Part shown: one piece after another, positions 34,314 to 44,462 of the stretch | Layout of the letters: each line of letters begins with the position of its first letter | How positions within the stretch are numbered: the stretch's first letter is position 1 | NCBI GenBank assembly: GCA_963842395.1 | Contig: CAWJGJ010000002.1 | Coordinates: 114,978 to 178,977 of the forward strand | DNA: 64,000 nt | Source: an uncultured Acidimicrobiales bacterium | GTDB taxonomy: Bacteria; Actinomycetota; Acidimicrobiia; Acidimicrobiales; VFJN01 | Direction of reading: 5' to 3' | Made by a program: the position numbers and the translations under genes | The notes under the pieces: model-generated | What the model was told of the DNA's origin: nothing | Seen by the model: the letters and a program-made list of their open reading frames with translations, nothing else | Databases searched by the model: none

Positions 34314-34874
34314 ATGCATCTCGCGATCTACTTCCCCGGAGGGTCCATCCCGGGGCAGGACCCGTTCGACGACCGCCTCGCATGGGTCACGATGCGCGCC
34401 CTCGAGCAGGCCGGCGCCCTCGTCGTGCCGGTGCACTACGACGACTCGGTGATCGCCGGCGACCGTGATCGGTTCGAGTCCGGTGTACGACGCGAGATGC
34501 GCGGGGCGTTGGCGCACTACCAGCCGGAGCGCCTCACCGTCGCCGGGAAGTCGCGTGGCACTCATGCGCTGCGCCTGCTGTGCGTCGAGGACTTCGCCCT
34601 GCCGGCGGACACCCGCTTCATCTGGCTCACGCCGGTCTGGCGGTCGGACGAGTCGTGGCGGGCGGCGTGCTCGTCGACGATACCTGCGCTCCACATCGTG
34701 GGTGGGGCCGACCACCAGTATCACGACCCCGAACGGCACGATGCGGTGCCTGGCGACACGGTCGAGATACCGGATGCCGACCATCGTCTGGAGGTCGAGG
34801 GGGACGTGTTCGCAACGTTGCGCTCCTGGCAGACGATGGCCGAAGCCGTTCACCGCTTCGCCGCCCGCGTGTGA
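34314..34874 (+). CDS. Alpha/beta-hydrolase-like protein (short)
   Basis: Nucleophile-elbow-like VAGKSRGT. C-terminal IPDADHRL fits the catalytic His region. Assignment is weak. Confidence 0.55.
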   Translation: MHLAIYFPGGSIPGQDPFDDRLAWVTMRALEQAGALVVPVHYDDSVIAGDRDRFESGVRREMRGALAHYQPERLTVAGKSRGTHALRLLCVEDFALPADTRFIWLTPVWRSDESWRAACSSTIPALHIVGGADHQYHDPERHDAVPGDTVEIPDADHRLEVEGDVFATLRSWQTMAEAVHRFAARV

Positions 34875-34902
34875 CGCCGAGTCGAGGCGACAGGATGGCG
34901 AC

Positions 34903-35568
34903 GTGCGTCGCCTTCCTCACGGCTACACGAACCTCACCCGCCGGCTGCCCGGTGCGCGGGTCGAGAAGCGCTACGAGGGGTCGGACCGCTCCGAGCGAGC
35001 CGATCGCGAGTACACCTGCCTGGTGAGCCTGGCTCATCGTCTTCCCGTGCCGGACGTGGTCGAACGGGACCGTGCGGTACCGCTCCTCATCGTGCGCGAA
35101 GCATCCGGAACGCACGGCCAGGAGATGATCGACGCAGGTCGGGCCGCGGAGGTACTGCGACTGCTGGGTGCACTGCTGGTCACCCTCCAACAGGTTCCGA
35201 CCGGGGCCGTGCCCGGCCTCGTCGGCACGGGGCCCGTGATCGTCCACGGCGACTTCGGCCCCCAGAACGTGCTGATCGAGGGCGACAGGATCACCGCGCT
35301 CCTGGACTGGGAGTTCGCGCACATCGGCCGGGCTGTCGAGGACCTCGCATGGGCGGAGTGGATCATTCGCACACATCACCCTGCTGCTGCGGACGACCTC
35401 CCCGAGATGCTCGACGCCTCCCACCTCGGCATGACGTGGTCGGCTCGTCATCAGGCGATGATCGCGAGGTGTGAGGAGCTGGTGGAGCTCTCGACTGTCT
35501 CGGGATCGCCTGACGCCGCCGCGCTCTGGAGGGACCGGCTGCGGGCCACCGAACGATGGAACGAGTGA
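34903..35568 (+). CDS. Aminoglycoside/choline-kinase-type phosphotransferase (APH family)
   Basis: HGYTNLTRR ... VIVHGDFGPQNVLIEGDRITALLDWEFAHIG (Brenner plus DxD-like motif). GTG 34903. Confidence 0.75.
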   Translation: MRRLPHGYTNLTRRLPGARVEKRYEGSDRSERADREYTCLVSLAHRLPVPDVVERDRAVPLLIVREASGTHGQEMIDAGRAAEVLRLLGALLVTLQQVPTGAVPGLVGTGPVIVHGDFGPQNVLIEGDRITALLDWEFAHIGRAVEDLAWAEWIIRTHHPAAADDLPEMLDASHLGMTWSARHQAMIARCEELVELSTVSGSPDAAALWRDRLRATERWNE

Positions 35569-35620
35569 GCCTCCCAAGAACCCGCGTCGCTCGGCGCCGA
35601 CCAGGGGGCCTCGTCCTCGG

Positions 35621-36601
35621 TCACCCGGTGGAGCGCCCCAGGGTGTCGGCCGCGTAGGCCTCCCGCTCGCCGAGGGGCCGGGCGGCGCCGGTGGTCGTGT
35701 CGGCGACGGTCTGCCGCTCGAGCTCGCAGTTGAGCTCGGCGCCGAGGATGACGACGTAGGCGGTGATGTACAGCCACAGCATCACGACGACGATCGCGCC
35801 GAGCGAGCCGTAGGTCTCGTTGTAGTTGCCGAAGTTGGCGGTGTAGAGGGAGAACGCGATGGAGCCGGCGACCCACACGACGGTGGCGAGGATCGCACCC
35901 GGCGACACCCAGTCGAGGCGCGCGGCGTCACGGTCAGGCGCCCAGCGGTAGAGCAGCGACAACGTCACCATCGCCACGACGGCCACCACCGGCCACCGGA
36001 CGACCTGCAGGACGGAACGCAAGGTGCCTGCGGTCCCCGAGTCGTCGAGGGCGGTGGGTGCCACCATCCCCGCGACGACGAGAGCGAGCACCGCGATGCC
36101 GCCGAGCGTCAGGGCCAGCGCCAGGCCGCGGAGCCGGAGGAACTTCCGGTCCTCGGTCTCGTCATACGCCAGCGTCAGTGCACCCATCAGGTGCTTCATC
36201 CCGCTCGATGCGGACCACAGGGCGAGGAGCGCACCGCCGATCACGCCGAGCCGCAGACCCGAGGGATCGCTGTTCACCACGCTCTCCAGCTGCGAAGACA
36301 CGAGATCCCGGACCTCGGCGGGCGCCGCCCGGAGGGCGTCGTCGACCGTGCTCTGCACGTCCGCCGGGTCGGCGATCAACCCGTAGATCGACACCAGCGC
36401 CACCAGCGACGGCACGAGCGCGAGCAGGCCGAAGAAGGCAACTCCTGCGGCGAGCAGCGGCACGTCGTCCTCCTGCAGCTGTCGCTTCAGCCGGACCGCC
36501 ACGTCCTTCCAGCCCCGACGCGGGACCTGGCCCGGCGTGGCGGCCTCCCGGCCCCTTCCGGGCTCGCGGCGGACCTCGGAGTACGGCGCGTTCTGGCTCA
36601 T
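35621..36601 (-). CDS. YihY/BrkB (virulence factor BrkB) family membrane protein
   Basis: LLAAGVAFFGLLALVPSL ... YGSLGAIVVVMLWLYITAYVVILGAELN. Confidence 0.9.
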   Translation of the reverse strand: MSQNAPYSEVRREPGRGREAATPGQVPRRGWKDVAVRLKRQLQEDDVPLLAAGVAFFGLLALVPSLVALVSIYGLIADPADVQSTVDDALRAAPAEVRDLVSSQLESVVNSDPSGLRLGVIGGALLALWSASSGMKHLMGALTLAYDETEDRKFLRLRGLALALTLGGIAVLALVVAGMVAPTALDDSGTAGTLRSVLQVVRWPVVAVVAMVTLSLLYRWAPDRDAARLDWVSPGAILATVVWVAGSIAFSLYTANFGNYNETYGSLGAIVVVMLWLYITAYVVILGAELNCELERQTVADTTTGAARPLGEREAYAADTLGRSTG

Positions 36602-36760
36602 GCCGTACTGCTACCCGCAGATGCGCGGCTGACGCATCGTCCTGGCCCGCCGAGGAGGCGGCCGCCGGCGCCACCGCTTCCCCGGCCGTCGCCGACCGGC
36701 GGGCCCGACCGGCCGACCGGCGGGCCGATGGGCGGGCCGATGCCCGCTCCCGGCAACGCA

Positions 36761-37785
36761 TCAGCGCTCGGCGCGCTCCACCACATCGACCTCATGGTGA
36801 TCGGCCCGGCGTGGCACACCCGGGGTGGCACGCCGCACCGCCTGCTGCCACGTGGCCGCCGACCGGCCCCGGTAGTAGGCCGGGGTCAGGCCTGACGACG
36901 GTGCGGTCAGCCGCTCGGGCCGCATGACGTAGAGGTCGCCGGCCCGCACCTCGACCAGCCGATCGAGCACGGCGTCGAGGTCGTCGTGCACCGACAGGTG
37001 GCGGCCGGACAGGGCATCGCCGTCGCCGGCCGCCAGCCGCAGGATCAGCTCGACGGCCTCGCCCGGCTCGGCGCCGCGGCCCTCCGCCAGCTCGCGCAGC
37101 GCCCAGTCCCGGACGTGCGCCTCGTAGGCGTCGACCGGCGGCCGGTGCCGCGAAGTCCTCGGACATGCCGATGGGCAGCAGCCCGGGGTGCACGCTGAAG
37201 ACCCGGACGCCGTGCCGGCCGACCTCGTGGGCGAGGTTCTCGGTCAGCTTCACCACCGCGGCCTTGGACACCGAGTAGGCGGACACCAGCGGCCAGCGGT
37301 AGGTGCCGGCCTGGCTCGCCATGTTGATGATCCGGCCGCGGCCGCGGGCCACCATCTCGGGTACCACCAGCTGGGTGGTGAGCAGGAGGCCCCGCAGGTT
37401 CACGTCCATGGTCGTCCACCAGTCCTGCGGGTCGGTCATCCACATCGGCCCGATGGGGCCGACGATGCCGGCGTTGTTGACCAGGAGATCGACGGGGCCG
37501 AGCCGCCGGCGCAGCTCCGCCAGGGCGCCGGCCAGCGCGTCGCGGTCGGTGACGTCGGCGGGGACCGCGGCCGCGGTGCCGCCGGCGCGGCCGACCAGCT
37601 CGACCGTGCCGGCCAGCTCGTCGGGCGACCGGGCCACGAGGCCGACGGCCATGCCCCGGCCGGCCAGGGCCTGCGGCCAGCAGGCGGCCGATGCCGCGGC
37701 CGCCGCCGGTGATCAGGGCCACCGGTCGCTGCGGACCGGTGACGGTGGTGGCAAGGGTGACGGGGAGCGGGGTGGAAGGGAACAT
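36761..37785 (-). pseudogene. SDR-family oxidoreductase interrupted by two frameshifts
   Basis: N-terminus VALITGGGRGIG (frame of ORF 37045..37896), core NNAG ... YSVSKAAV (ORF 36792..37652), C-terminus PPVDAYEAHVRDWALRELAE ... DDLDAVLDRLVEVRAGDLYVMRPERL (ORF 36761..36991 frame). Shifts near 37667-37669 (G3 run) and 37131-37146. Confidence 0.8.
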
Positions 37786-37834
37786 GCGCCCAGGGTGCGA
37801 CCGCGGGCCCGCCGCAGTCCTGAGCAGCCGTTGC

Positions 37835-40617
37835 TCAATCGCCGGCCGTCTGCCGGCGGGCAGCCGGCGATTGCTCAGCCTCCCCCGCCGGGCCATCGAT
37901 GCCGAGGGCCCCGGCCAGCTGGCGGCGGCCGCTGACGCCCAGCTTGGAGTAGGCGCTCTGCAGGTGGTTGTTCACCGTGCGGACCGACAGGTACAGGCGG
38001 TCGGCGATCTCCTTGCTCGACTCGCCCTGGGCGGCCAGCGCCGGCGATGTCCCGCTCCCGGTGGGTGAGCGGCACGACGACGACCGGCGCGGCCAGGCCC
38101 GGCGTGCGGGCCCCCTCGCAACCACGCCGCCAGGGTCGTGGCCCGCACGCCGAGGGCGGCGGCCCGTCGCCGGTGGCCCTGGCGGCGCAGCGCCTGGGCG
38201 GCCTCGGTGGCCGCCTCGGCCGCCAGCAGCAGCGCCCCCAGCGCCTCGAACCGGTCGGTGGCGGCCACGAGGCCCTCGGCGTCACCGGCGGCGGCCGCCG
38301 CGGCGTGGGCGGCATACGCGCCGACCAGGTCGCCCTCGCACCGCTCGGCCAGACCCGGCCAGGCGAGCGGCCACCGCCGCCGGCTCGCCGAGGCGGGCCA
38401 CGTCGTGGAGCATCCACGCCTCGCACACCCGGTAGCCGTCGGCCGCAGCGCGGTCGGCCGCAGCCAGCAGCACCTGGCGGGCGCCGGGCAGGTCGCCGGC
38501 GGCCACCTTGGCCCAGGCCCGGCCCAGCTCCTGCTCGGGCCGGGTGAAGGGGAACTCCGGCAGCCGGTCGAGCTCGCGCACCGCGGCCTGGGCCGCCTCG
38601 CTGTCGCCCGACGCCCGGCCGCGGCGGCGGCCAGGGCGGACAGCACCAGGCACCGGGGACCGTCGATGCCGTGGGCCTCGGCCCGGGCCGCGGCCTCGCC
38701 CAGCCAGCGCTGGGCGGTCGCCAGCTGCCCGGCCAGCAGCGCGCACGCGGCCGATCTGGTGGGCCAGCCACATGCGGGCGTCGGGCGGCGCGGTCGCCGG
38801 CGTGGCCTCGTAGGCCGCGGTGGCCAGCGCACGGGCCTCGGCCAGCCGCCCGCACTCGGCCAGCGCGTAGGCCCGGATGAGGATGTGGTTGCCGGGGCCG
38901 GGGATGGCGATCTGGTCGGGCAGCTCGGACTGGTCGACGAACGCCTGCGCCAGGCCCTCGGCGGCCGGTGGCGCACCGGCCCGGTCGCCACCAGGGCCGG
39001 CAGCTCGGCCAGCGCCCGCAGCGCCCGGGCCCGGGGGTCGGGATCGTCGGGCACCGGCCTCAGCACCTCGAGGGCGTCGCGCGGCCGGCCGGAGTAGGTG
39101 AGCAGCAGCGCCTCGTTGAGCGTCGAGCTCCCGGACGCCCGGCCGGGTCGGCGACCCGCTGCGCGGGTCTCGTCGTTGACGGCCAGGGCCTCGTCGTGGC
39201 GGCAGCAGGCCCCACATCAGGTTCCGGGTGCGGATCTCGGTGATGTAGACGAGCAGCGCCTCGTCGTCGGGGTCGGTGCACGCCTCGTGCGCGGCGTGGA
39301 GGACGTCCGCGGCCTCGGCGAACCGGCCCAGCTCGTGGAGCGCCTCGCCCAGCAGCAGCCCGGCCTCCGGCGTGATGCCGTCGGCCACCGCGGCCCGGGC
39401 CAGCCGCTCGACCTGCGGGAAGTCCTGGCCGTAGCGGGCCAGGCGGGCGGCCCGGACCAGCAGGGCGGGGTCGGCCGCGCCGGACGGCGTCGAGCCGGGC
39501 GGTGGCGACCCGGATGGCGTCCTCCCGGCGGCGGGCGCCGTAGCCGTCGATGCGGTCGGCGTGCTCCAGCAGGAGGCGGCGGCGGGTCAGGGCCGGGCAT
39601 GCGATCCCGGAGGATCTCGCCGTAGAGCGGGTGGGCGAGCCGCACCTCCTGGCGGCGGCCGTCGGTCCGCACCGTGAGCAGGCCGTGGCGGTCGAGCAGC
39701 TCCAGCTGGGCGGCACCGACGATGGCCTCGAGCGTGGCGAGGCCGGCCGGCTCCCACACCGCCAGCATGTCGAGCGCCGCGACCGTCGCCGGCGGCAGGC
39801 GGCCGAGGCGGGCGGCGATCAGCTCCCGCAGCCGGGGCGTGGTGACCAGCGGCCCGACCAGGCGCCACACGCCCCGCTGCTCGACCAGGTGGCCGCGGTC
39901 GAGGGCGCCGAGCACCAGCTCGCGGACGAGCAGGACGTTGCCCTGGCTGGCCGTCCAGATCTCGGCCACGCTGGCTCGCCTCGACCGGTCCGCGCAGCAC
40001 CAGGTGCGAGCAGCGTGCCGACCGCGGCCCGGTCCAGGTCCTCCAGGTCGACCCGCCGCACCCGGGCCCGGTGCCACAGCGCCTCGACGCCCGCCGGCAG
40101 CGGGGCTCGTCCGATCGCACGGTGGCCACCAGGAAGACGAGGTCGGCATCGACGAGCTGGGACACGAGCGTGGCCGAGGTGGCGTCGAGCAGGTGGAGGT
40201 CGTCGACGAACAGGACCAGCGGGCCTGCCGGCGTCTGGTCCTCGGAGCACCGGGCGCAGCTCGGCCACCACCGCCACCAGGTCGCACCGCTCGTCGCCGA
40301 TGCCCGGCGGCAGCAGGTGGGCCAGCGCGCCGAGCGGCGCCGACTGCGGACCCCTCGGTGGCCGTGGCCCGGGCCACGTTGCGGCCGTGCTGGTCGGCGA
40401 GGGCCAGGCACTGGTCGGCCAGGCGGGTCTTGCCCACGCCCGGGCGGCGCCGTGGATGACGAAGCCGTGGGCCCGGGGGTCGCCGAGGCCGGCGACGAAC
40501 AGGTCGAGCTCGTCGTGGCGGCCGACGAGGGGCCACTGGAGCGGGCGGCGGGCTCGCGGCGGGGGCGGAGCGTGCCCTGGCCATCGGTGCCACGGTACCG
40601 GCCGCCGCGCTGCTCAT
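37835..40617 (-). pseudogene. LuxR-family regulator with N-terminal AAA/STAND-like ATPase (LAL type), fragmented by many frameshifts
   Basis: Recognisable pieces are scattered over all three minus frames. They include Walker A (HGA-PGVGKTRLADQ, with a shift inside it), Walker B (LVLFVDDLHLLD), a winged-helix part (QGNVLLVRELVLGALDRG...LAHPLYGEILRDRMP), TPR-like helices, and the C-terminal HTH (LTHRERDIA / LAAQGESSKEIADRLYLSVRTVNNHLQSAYSKLGV). I count at least 12 frame switches. Confidence 0.8.
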
Positions 40618-40782
40618 GCCGGGGCGACCAAAAGTTCGGCAACCGCGACCCGGGTCCTCGAGTCCCACATCGGGTCCCCCCGGGTACCCGGCCTGGCCCG
40701 ACGCCGTACGCTGAGGTGGTGACGGCGGGGCGCGATCTGTGGGCCACCGCCGAGCGGGCGATCAGGCACTGAAGGGACGGAC

Positions 40783-41713
40783 GTGGAGTTCGGCGCGCAC
40801 CTGCCCCTGATGGACTTCGGTGGGCACCCGTTCACCCTCGACCACCTGACCGGCTACGCCCGGCGGGCCGCCGAGCTCGGGTTCGCCACGCTGGCCGCCA
40901 ACGATCATCTGGCCTTCGCGGTCCCGTGGTTGGACGGCCCCACGGCCCTCGCCGCGGTGGTCGGCTCGTCGGGCTCCATGACGCTGGCCACGACGGTGGC
41001 ACTGCCGGTCGTGCGGGGACCGGTGGCGCTGGCCAAGGCGGTGGCTGCCATCGACCGGCTGTCCGGCGGCCGGGTGGTGGTGGGTGTGGGGCCGGGATCG
41101 TCGCCGCTCGACCACGCCGCGGTCGGCCTCGACTTCGACGAGCGCTGGCGGCGCCTCGACGAGGCGGTGCGGGCGCTGCGGGCGCTCTGGCAACCGGACG
41201 GCGAGCCGTTCGTCGGCCGGTTCTACTCCACCGCCGGCATCGAGCTGCGGCCCGGGACCAGCCCGGCCGTCGGGCCCCCCGATCTGGATCGGCAGCTGGG
41301 GCTCCGACGCCGGGCTCCGCCGCACCGCCCGCCTGGCCGACGGGTGGCTGGCCTCGGCCTACAACACGACGCCGGCGACGTTCGCCCGCGCCTGGACGGC
41401 GTTGCGGGGGCTCCTCGCCGATGAGGGCAAGGACGCCGCCACGTTCCCCAACGCGCTGGCGACGATGTGGTTCCACATCACCGACGATCCGGTGGAGGCC
41501 GACCGGGTCATGCGGGACCGGGTCGTCCCGGCGGTTCACCGGCCGGAGGCGGTGCTCCGGGAGCGACTGCCGGTGGGGCCCGCCGGCGCGTTCGCCGAGA
41601 AGCTGCACGCATTCCGCGAGGCCGGGGTGCAGCAGGTGCTCGTGTGGCCGGTCGCCGACGAGGCCCGCCAGCTCGAGCTCTTCCGCGACCGGGTCGTCCC
41701 TCTGCTCGGCTAG
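40783..41713 (+). pseudogene. LLM-class F420-dependent oxidoreductase with one frameshift
   Basis: N-terminal half in the frame of ORF 40783..41424 (up to ...STAGIELRP). C-terminal half in the frame of ORF 41084..41713 (GPPIWIGSWGSDAGLRRTARLADGW...). Shift between about 41245 and 41280 (C6 run 41275-41280). Confidence 0.8.
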
Positions 41714-41740
41714 GCAGCGCGGGCGCGGCGGGCGCTCAGC

Positions 41741-42289
41741 TCATGGCGGTGGGGACGCAACCGGTGCGCTCGAAGCAGAGCCGACCGGGTCGCCACCCGA
41801 CCCGGCGCCATCCGCCGCAAGCTTGCGCATCGCGGGCGAGGGACGGTTGGCGAGCGTCCACCGGGGCGGGCGCGCCGGCCTGTCGCGGGGCGTCCGCACC
41901 GTGACGGCCGCGACGAGGAACACCACGCCGCCGCCCAGGAGCGCCAGGGCGGTGGCGCGCCGCCCGGCGAGCCCGCCCTCGATGCCGCAGGTCTCCGGGC
42001 TGCCGGCGTCCTCGGCGGAGAACGGCGAGCCGCACTGGAGGTCCCCGGCGTTGACGGGCGTCATCCCGATTAACAGGCCCATGGCCAGCAGCGCCACGCC
42101 GATCACCGTGAACCAGTGCACCGTGAGCTGACGCAGGGGGTCGGGCGCGGGCTCGGGCTGTAGGTCGTCGGTCGGGTCCACGGCGCCGGAGCGTACGCGC
42201 CGGGCCCGCCGGGCGGACCGCGGGAGGACTCGGGCCGCCCAGGTCGAGAAGCGCCCACGACCCAGGTCGCGGTCGGTCCTCCGTCGCAC
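41741..42289 (-). CDS. Hypothetical 2-TM membrane protein
   Basis: Two hydrophobic helices (VHWFTVIGVALLAMGLLIGM, ALALLGGGVVFLVAAVTV). GTG 42289 lies 1 nt after the ABM gene stop. Both termini are low-complexity. Confidence 0.4.
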   Translation of the reverse strand: MRRRTDRDLGRGRFSTWAARVLPRSARRARRVRSGAVDPTDDLQPEPAPDPLRQLTVHWFTVIGVALLAMGLLIGMTPVNAGDLQCGSPFSAEDAGSPETCGIEGGLAGRRATALALLGGGVVFLVAAVTVRTPRDRPARPPRWTLANRPSPAMRKLAADGAGSGGDPVGSASSAPVASPPP

Positions 42290-42290
42290 C

Positions 42291-42617
42291 TCAGCGCGGC
42301 CGGATCTCCCCCATCGGCCCCCAGCCGTCGACCTGCGGCGCGTCGATGTAGATGATGCTGGGCTGCTCGGCCACGAGGTCGGGACCCCTGTCGATCAGCT
42401 CGGCGAAGTGGGCGGTGCCGACGTGGGCCTCGCCGGCGCCGGCATCACGGAAGCCCTCGACGGCGACGAACACGGTGGGGTCATCGAGGCTGCGTGACCA
42501 CTCGAAGAACAGACAACCCTCTTCGGCCTCCACCGCCTCGGCGTAGGCCGTCGCCAGGCTGATCCACTCGTCCACCTTCTCGGGGCGGACCGGGAACTTC
42601 ACGTTGATGAGGATCAT
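42291..42617 (-). CDS. Antibiotic-biosynthesis-monooxygenase (ABM, dimeric alpha/beta barrel) family protein
   Basis: MILINVKFPVRPEKVDEW ... CLFFEWSRSLDDPTVFVAVEGFRDAGAGEAHVGTAHF. Confidence 0.85.
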   Translation of the reverse strand: MILINVKFPVRPEKVDEWISLATAYAEAVEAEEGCLFFEWSRSLDDPTVFVAVEGFRDAGAGEAHVGTAHFAELIDRGPDLVAEQPSIIYIDAPQVDGWGPMGEIRPR

Positions 42618-42729
42618 GCCGCTGTCTTACACGCCCTCGCCCCGGGCCCGACCACCGGGCAGCCGTCGGCCGTGCTGACCGGCCGCCGTCTCCGGCTCGA
42701 TCGGCCCAGACCCCGGCGGGACGTCCGCT

Positions 42730-43188
42730 TCAGGGGAAGGGCTGGAGGTTGATCTGGAGGTCGTGGACCCGGACCTCCTGGCTCGCCGAGTCGAGTCGGC
42801 CGCAGTCGTCGGTGACGGTCAGGGTGACCGTGTGGAGGCCGACATCGTTCATGCCGAATTCGGCCCACATCCAGGGAGCGGGCGGGCCGTCCCAACCCAC
42901 GGTGCCCTCCCACTCCGTCCCGCGATCCAGCCTGACCTCCTGATGGACGATGCGGCCCGTCGACCGATCGGCGACGACGAGGAGCGGCTCCCCCAGATGG
43001 ACAAAGGTCGCCACGTCGCCGAGGACCGCCACCGGCCGCTCGAAGAACGGCGAACAGGCAACCGTGGCCGGGGGGACCGACGGTCCGGGCGGTCGCTGGC
43101 TGGCGTGAGCGACCGTCGGCACACCCGCGACCGACGCGATGGCAACGAGAGCTCCGACGAGCCCACGGCCCGCCCGATGGATGCGCAT
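42730..43188 (-). CDS. Secreted protein with PKD-like domain
   Basis: AGGAGA RBS before ATG 43188. Signal peptide MRIHRAGRGLVGALVAIASVAGVPTVAHA. PKD-like motif GLHTVTLTVTDDCGRLDSASQEVRV. Confidence 0.6.
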   Translation of the reverse strand: MRIHRAGRGLVGALVAIASVAGVPTVAHASQRPPGPSVPPATVACSPFFERPVAVLGDVATFVHLGEPLLVVADRSTGRIVHQEVRLDRGTEWEGTVGWDGPPAPWMWAEFGMNDVGLHTVTLTVTDDCGRLDSASQEVRVHDLQINLQPFP

Positions 43189-43359
43189 GACGATCGTCTC
43201 CTGCGACGTGGTGGTGACGCCGCGGTGTACGCACCCATCGCCGACGCGGTTCACGACCATCTACCAATCTGGGTTGATGCATCGAATCCCCTTGATGTAA
43301 GTTCGGGGTGTGAGCGCATCGCATGACCGGTCTGCATCGACTCCTGCTCGGCGGGCCCC

Positions 43360-43906
43360 ATGAGCGCCACCGCAGAGGGGCTCCCGCTGCTGCTCACCCC
43401 CGGGCACCACGATCCCGACATCGACCGGGTGCTCCAGACCGTCCTGTTCACCGACATCGTCGGCTCGACGGAGTGGGCCGCGCAGCTCGGCGACCGGCGA
43501 TGGCGCGACCTGCTCGACGCGCACGACGCTGCCGTTCGCCGTGCGCTCGAGCGCTATCGGGGGGTCGAGGTCAAGGCGACCGGTGACGGGTTCCTCGCCG
43601 CGTTCGACGGGCCGGCACGCGCGATCCGCTGCGCCCAGACGATCATCGAGGATGCCCGACTGCTCGGACTCGCGGTCCGGACGGGCCTCCACACAGGCGA
43701 GTGCGAGGTGCGAGGCGAGGACCTCACCGGCATCGCCGTGCACACCGGCGCTCGCGTCGCCGCCCTGGCGCGTTGCAGGCGAGGTGCTGGTCACGAGCAC
43801 CGTGCGCGACCTGGTCGCCGGCTCGGGGATCGAGTTCACCGACCGGGGCCGCCATGTGCTCAAGGGTGTTCCCGGTGACTGGCGGATCCTGGCGGTGAAC
43901 GCGTGA
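43360..43906 (+). pseudogene. Class III adenylate/guanylate cyclase catalytic-domain protein with one frameshift
   Basis: [12 protein letters not shown] ... [11 protein letters not shown] ... [31 protein letters not shown], then the frame switches near 43768-43778 to [40 protein letters not shown]. Confidence 0.8.
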
Positions 43907-43990
43907 CGGAGGCGACGCGGACGCAGTGTGAGCGTGATCGGCCAGGTCGGGTTCGAGCGGAACACGCGTAGCCTCTGACTCTGCGAGCCC

Positions 43991-44365
43991 ATGGAACTCG
44001 AGGTCCGAATGACCCCAGCCGAACTTCGTGACTGTTGTCTGAGCAAGCCCTGCACGTCGGAGGACTTCCCGTTCGGCGAGCAGGTCTCGGTGTTCAAGGT
44101 CGCCGGCAAGGTGTTCGCGATCACCGACCTCGACGGCCTCCCGCTCGAGGTGAGCGTGAAGTGCGATCCGGATGTGGCGGAGGCGCTCCGGTCGACGCAC
44201 ACGGCGATTCGTCCGGGCTACCACCTCAACAAGCGGCACTGGAACACCGTGACCCTTGACGGCTCGATCAGCGACGGCGAGATCGAGGACATGATCCAGG
44301 ACTCGTACGACCTCGTCGAGGCCAAGCTCACGCGCGCCCAGCGCGCGGAGATCGGCCTTTCCTGA
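43991..44365 (+). CDS. MmcQ/YjbR-family protein
   Basis: FPFGEQVSVFKVAGKVFAI ... KCDPD ... PGYHLNKRHWNTV. Alternative start ATG 44009. Confidence 0.85.
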   Translation: MELEVRMTPAELRDCCLSKPCTSEDFPFGEQVSVFKVAGKVFAITDLDGLPLEVSVKCDPDVAEALRSTHTAIRPGYHLNKRHWNTVTLDGSISDGEIEDMIQDSYDLVEAKLTRAQRAEIGLS

Positions 44366-44462
44366 ACGAGGCCGCCCCCAGCGTCCGCACCTCAAGGCCG
44401 CTCCGGACAGCGCACGGCCAGCAGATCGCCGATCGGGCGCGACGTCGATCAGCCGCTGGGAT

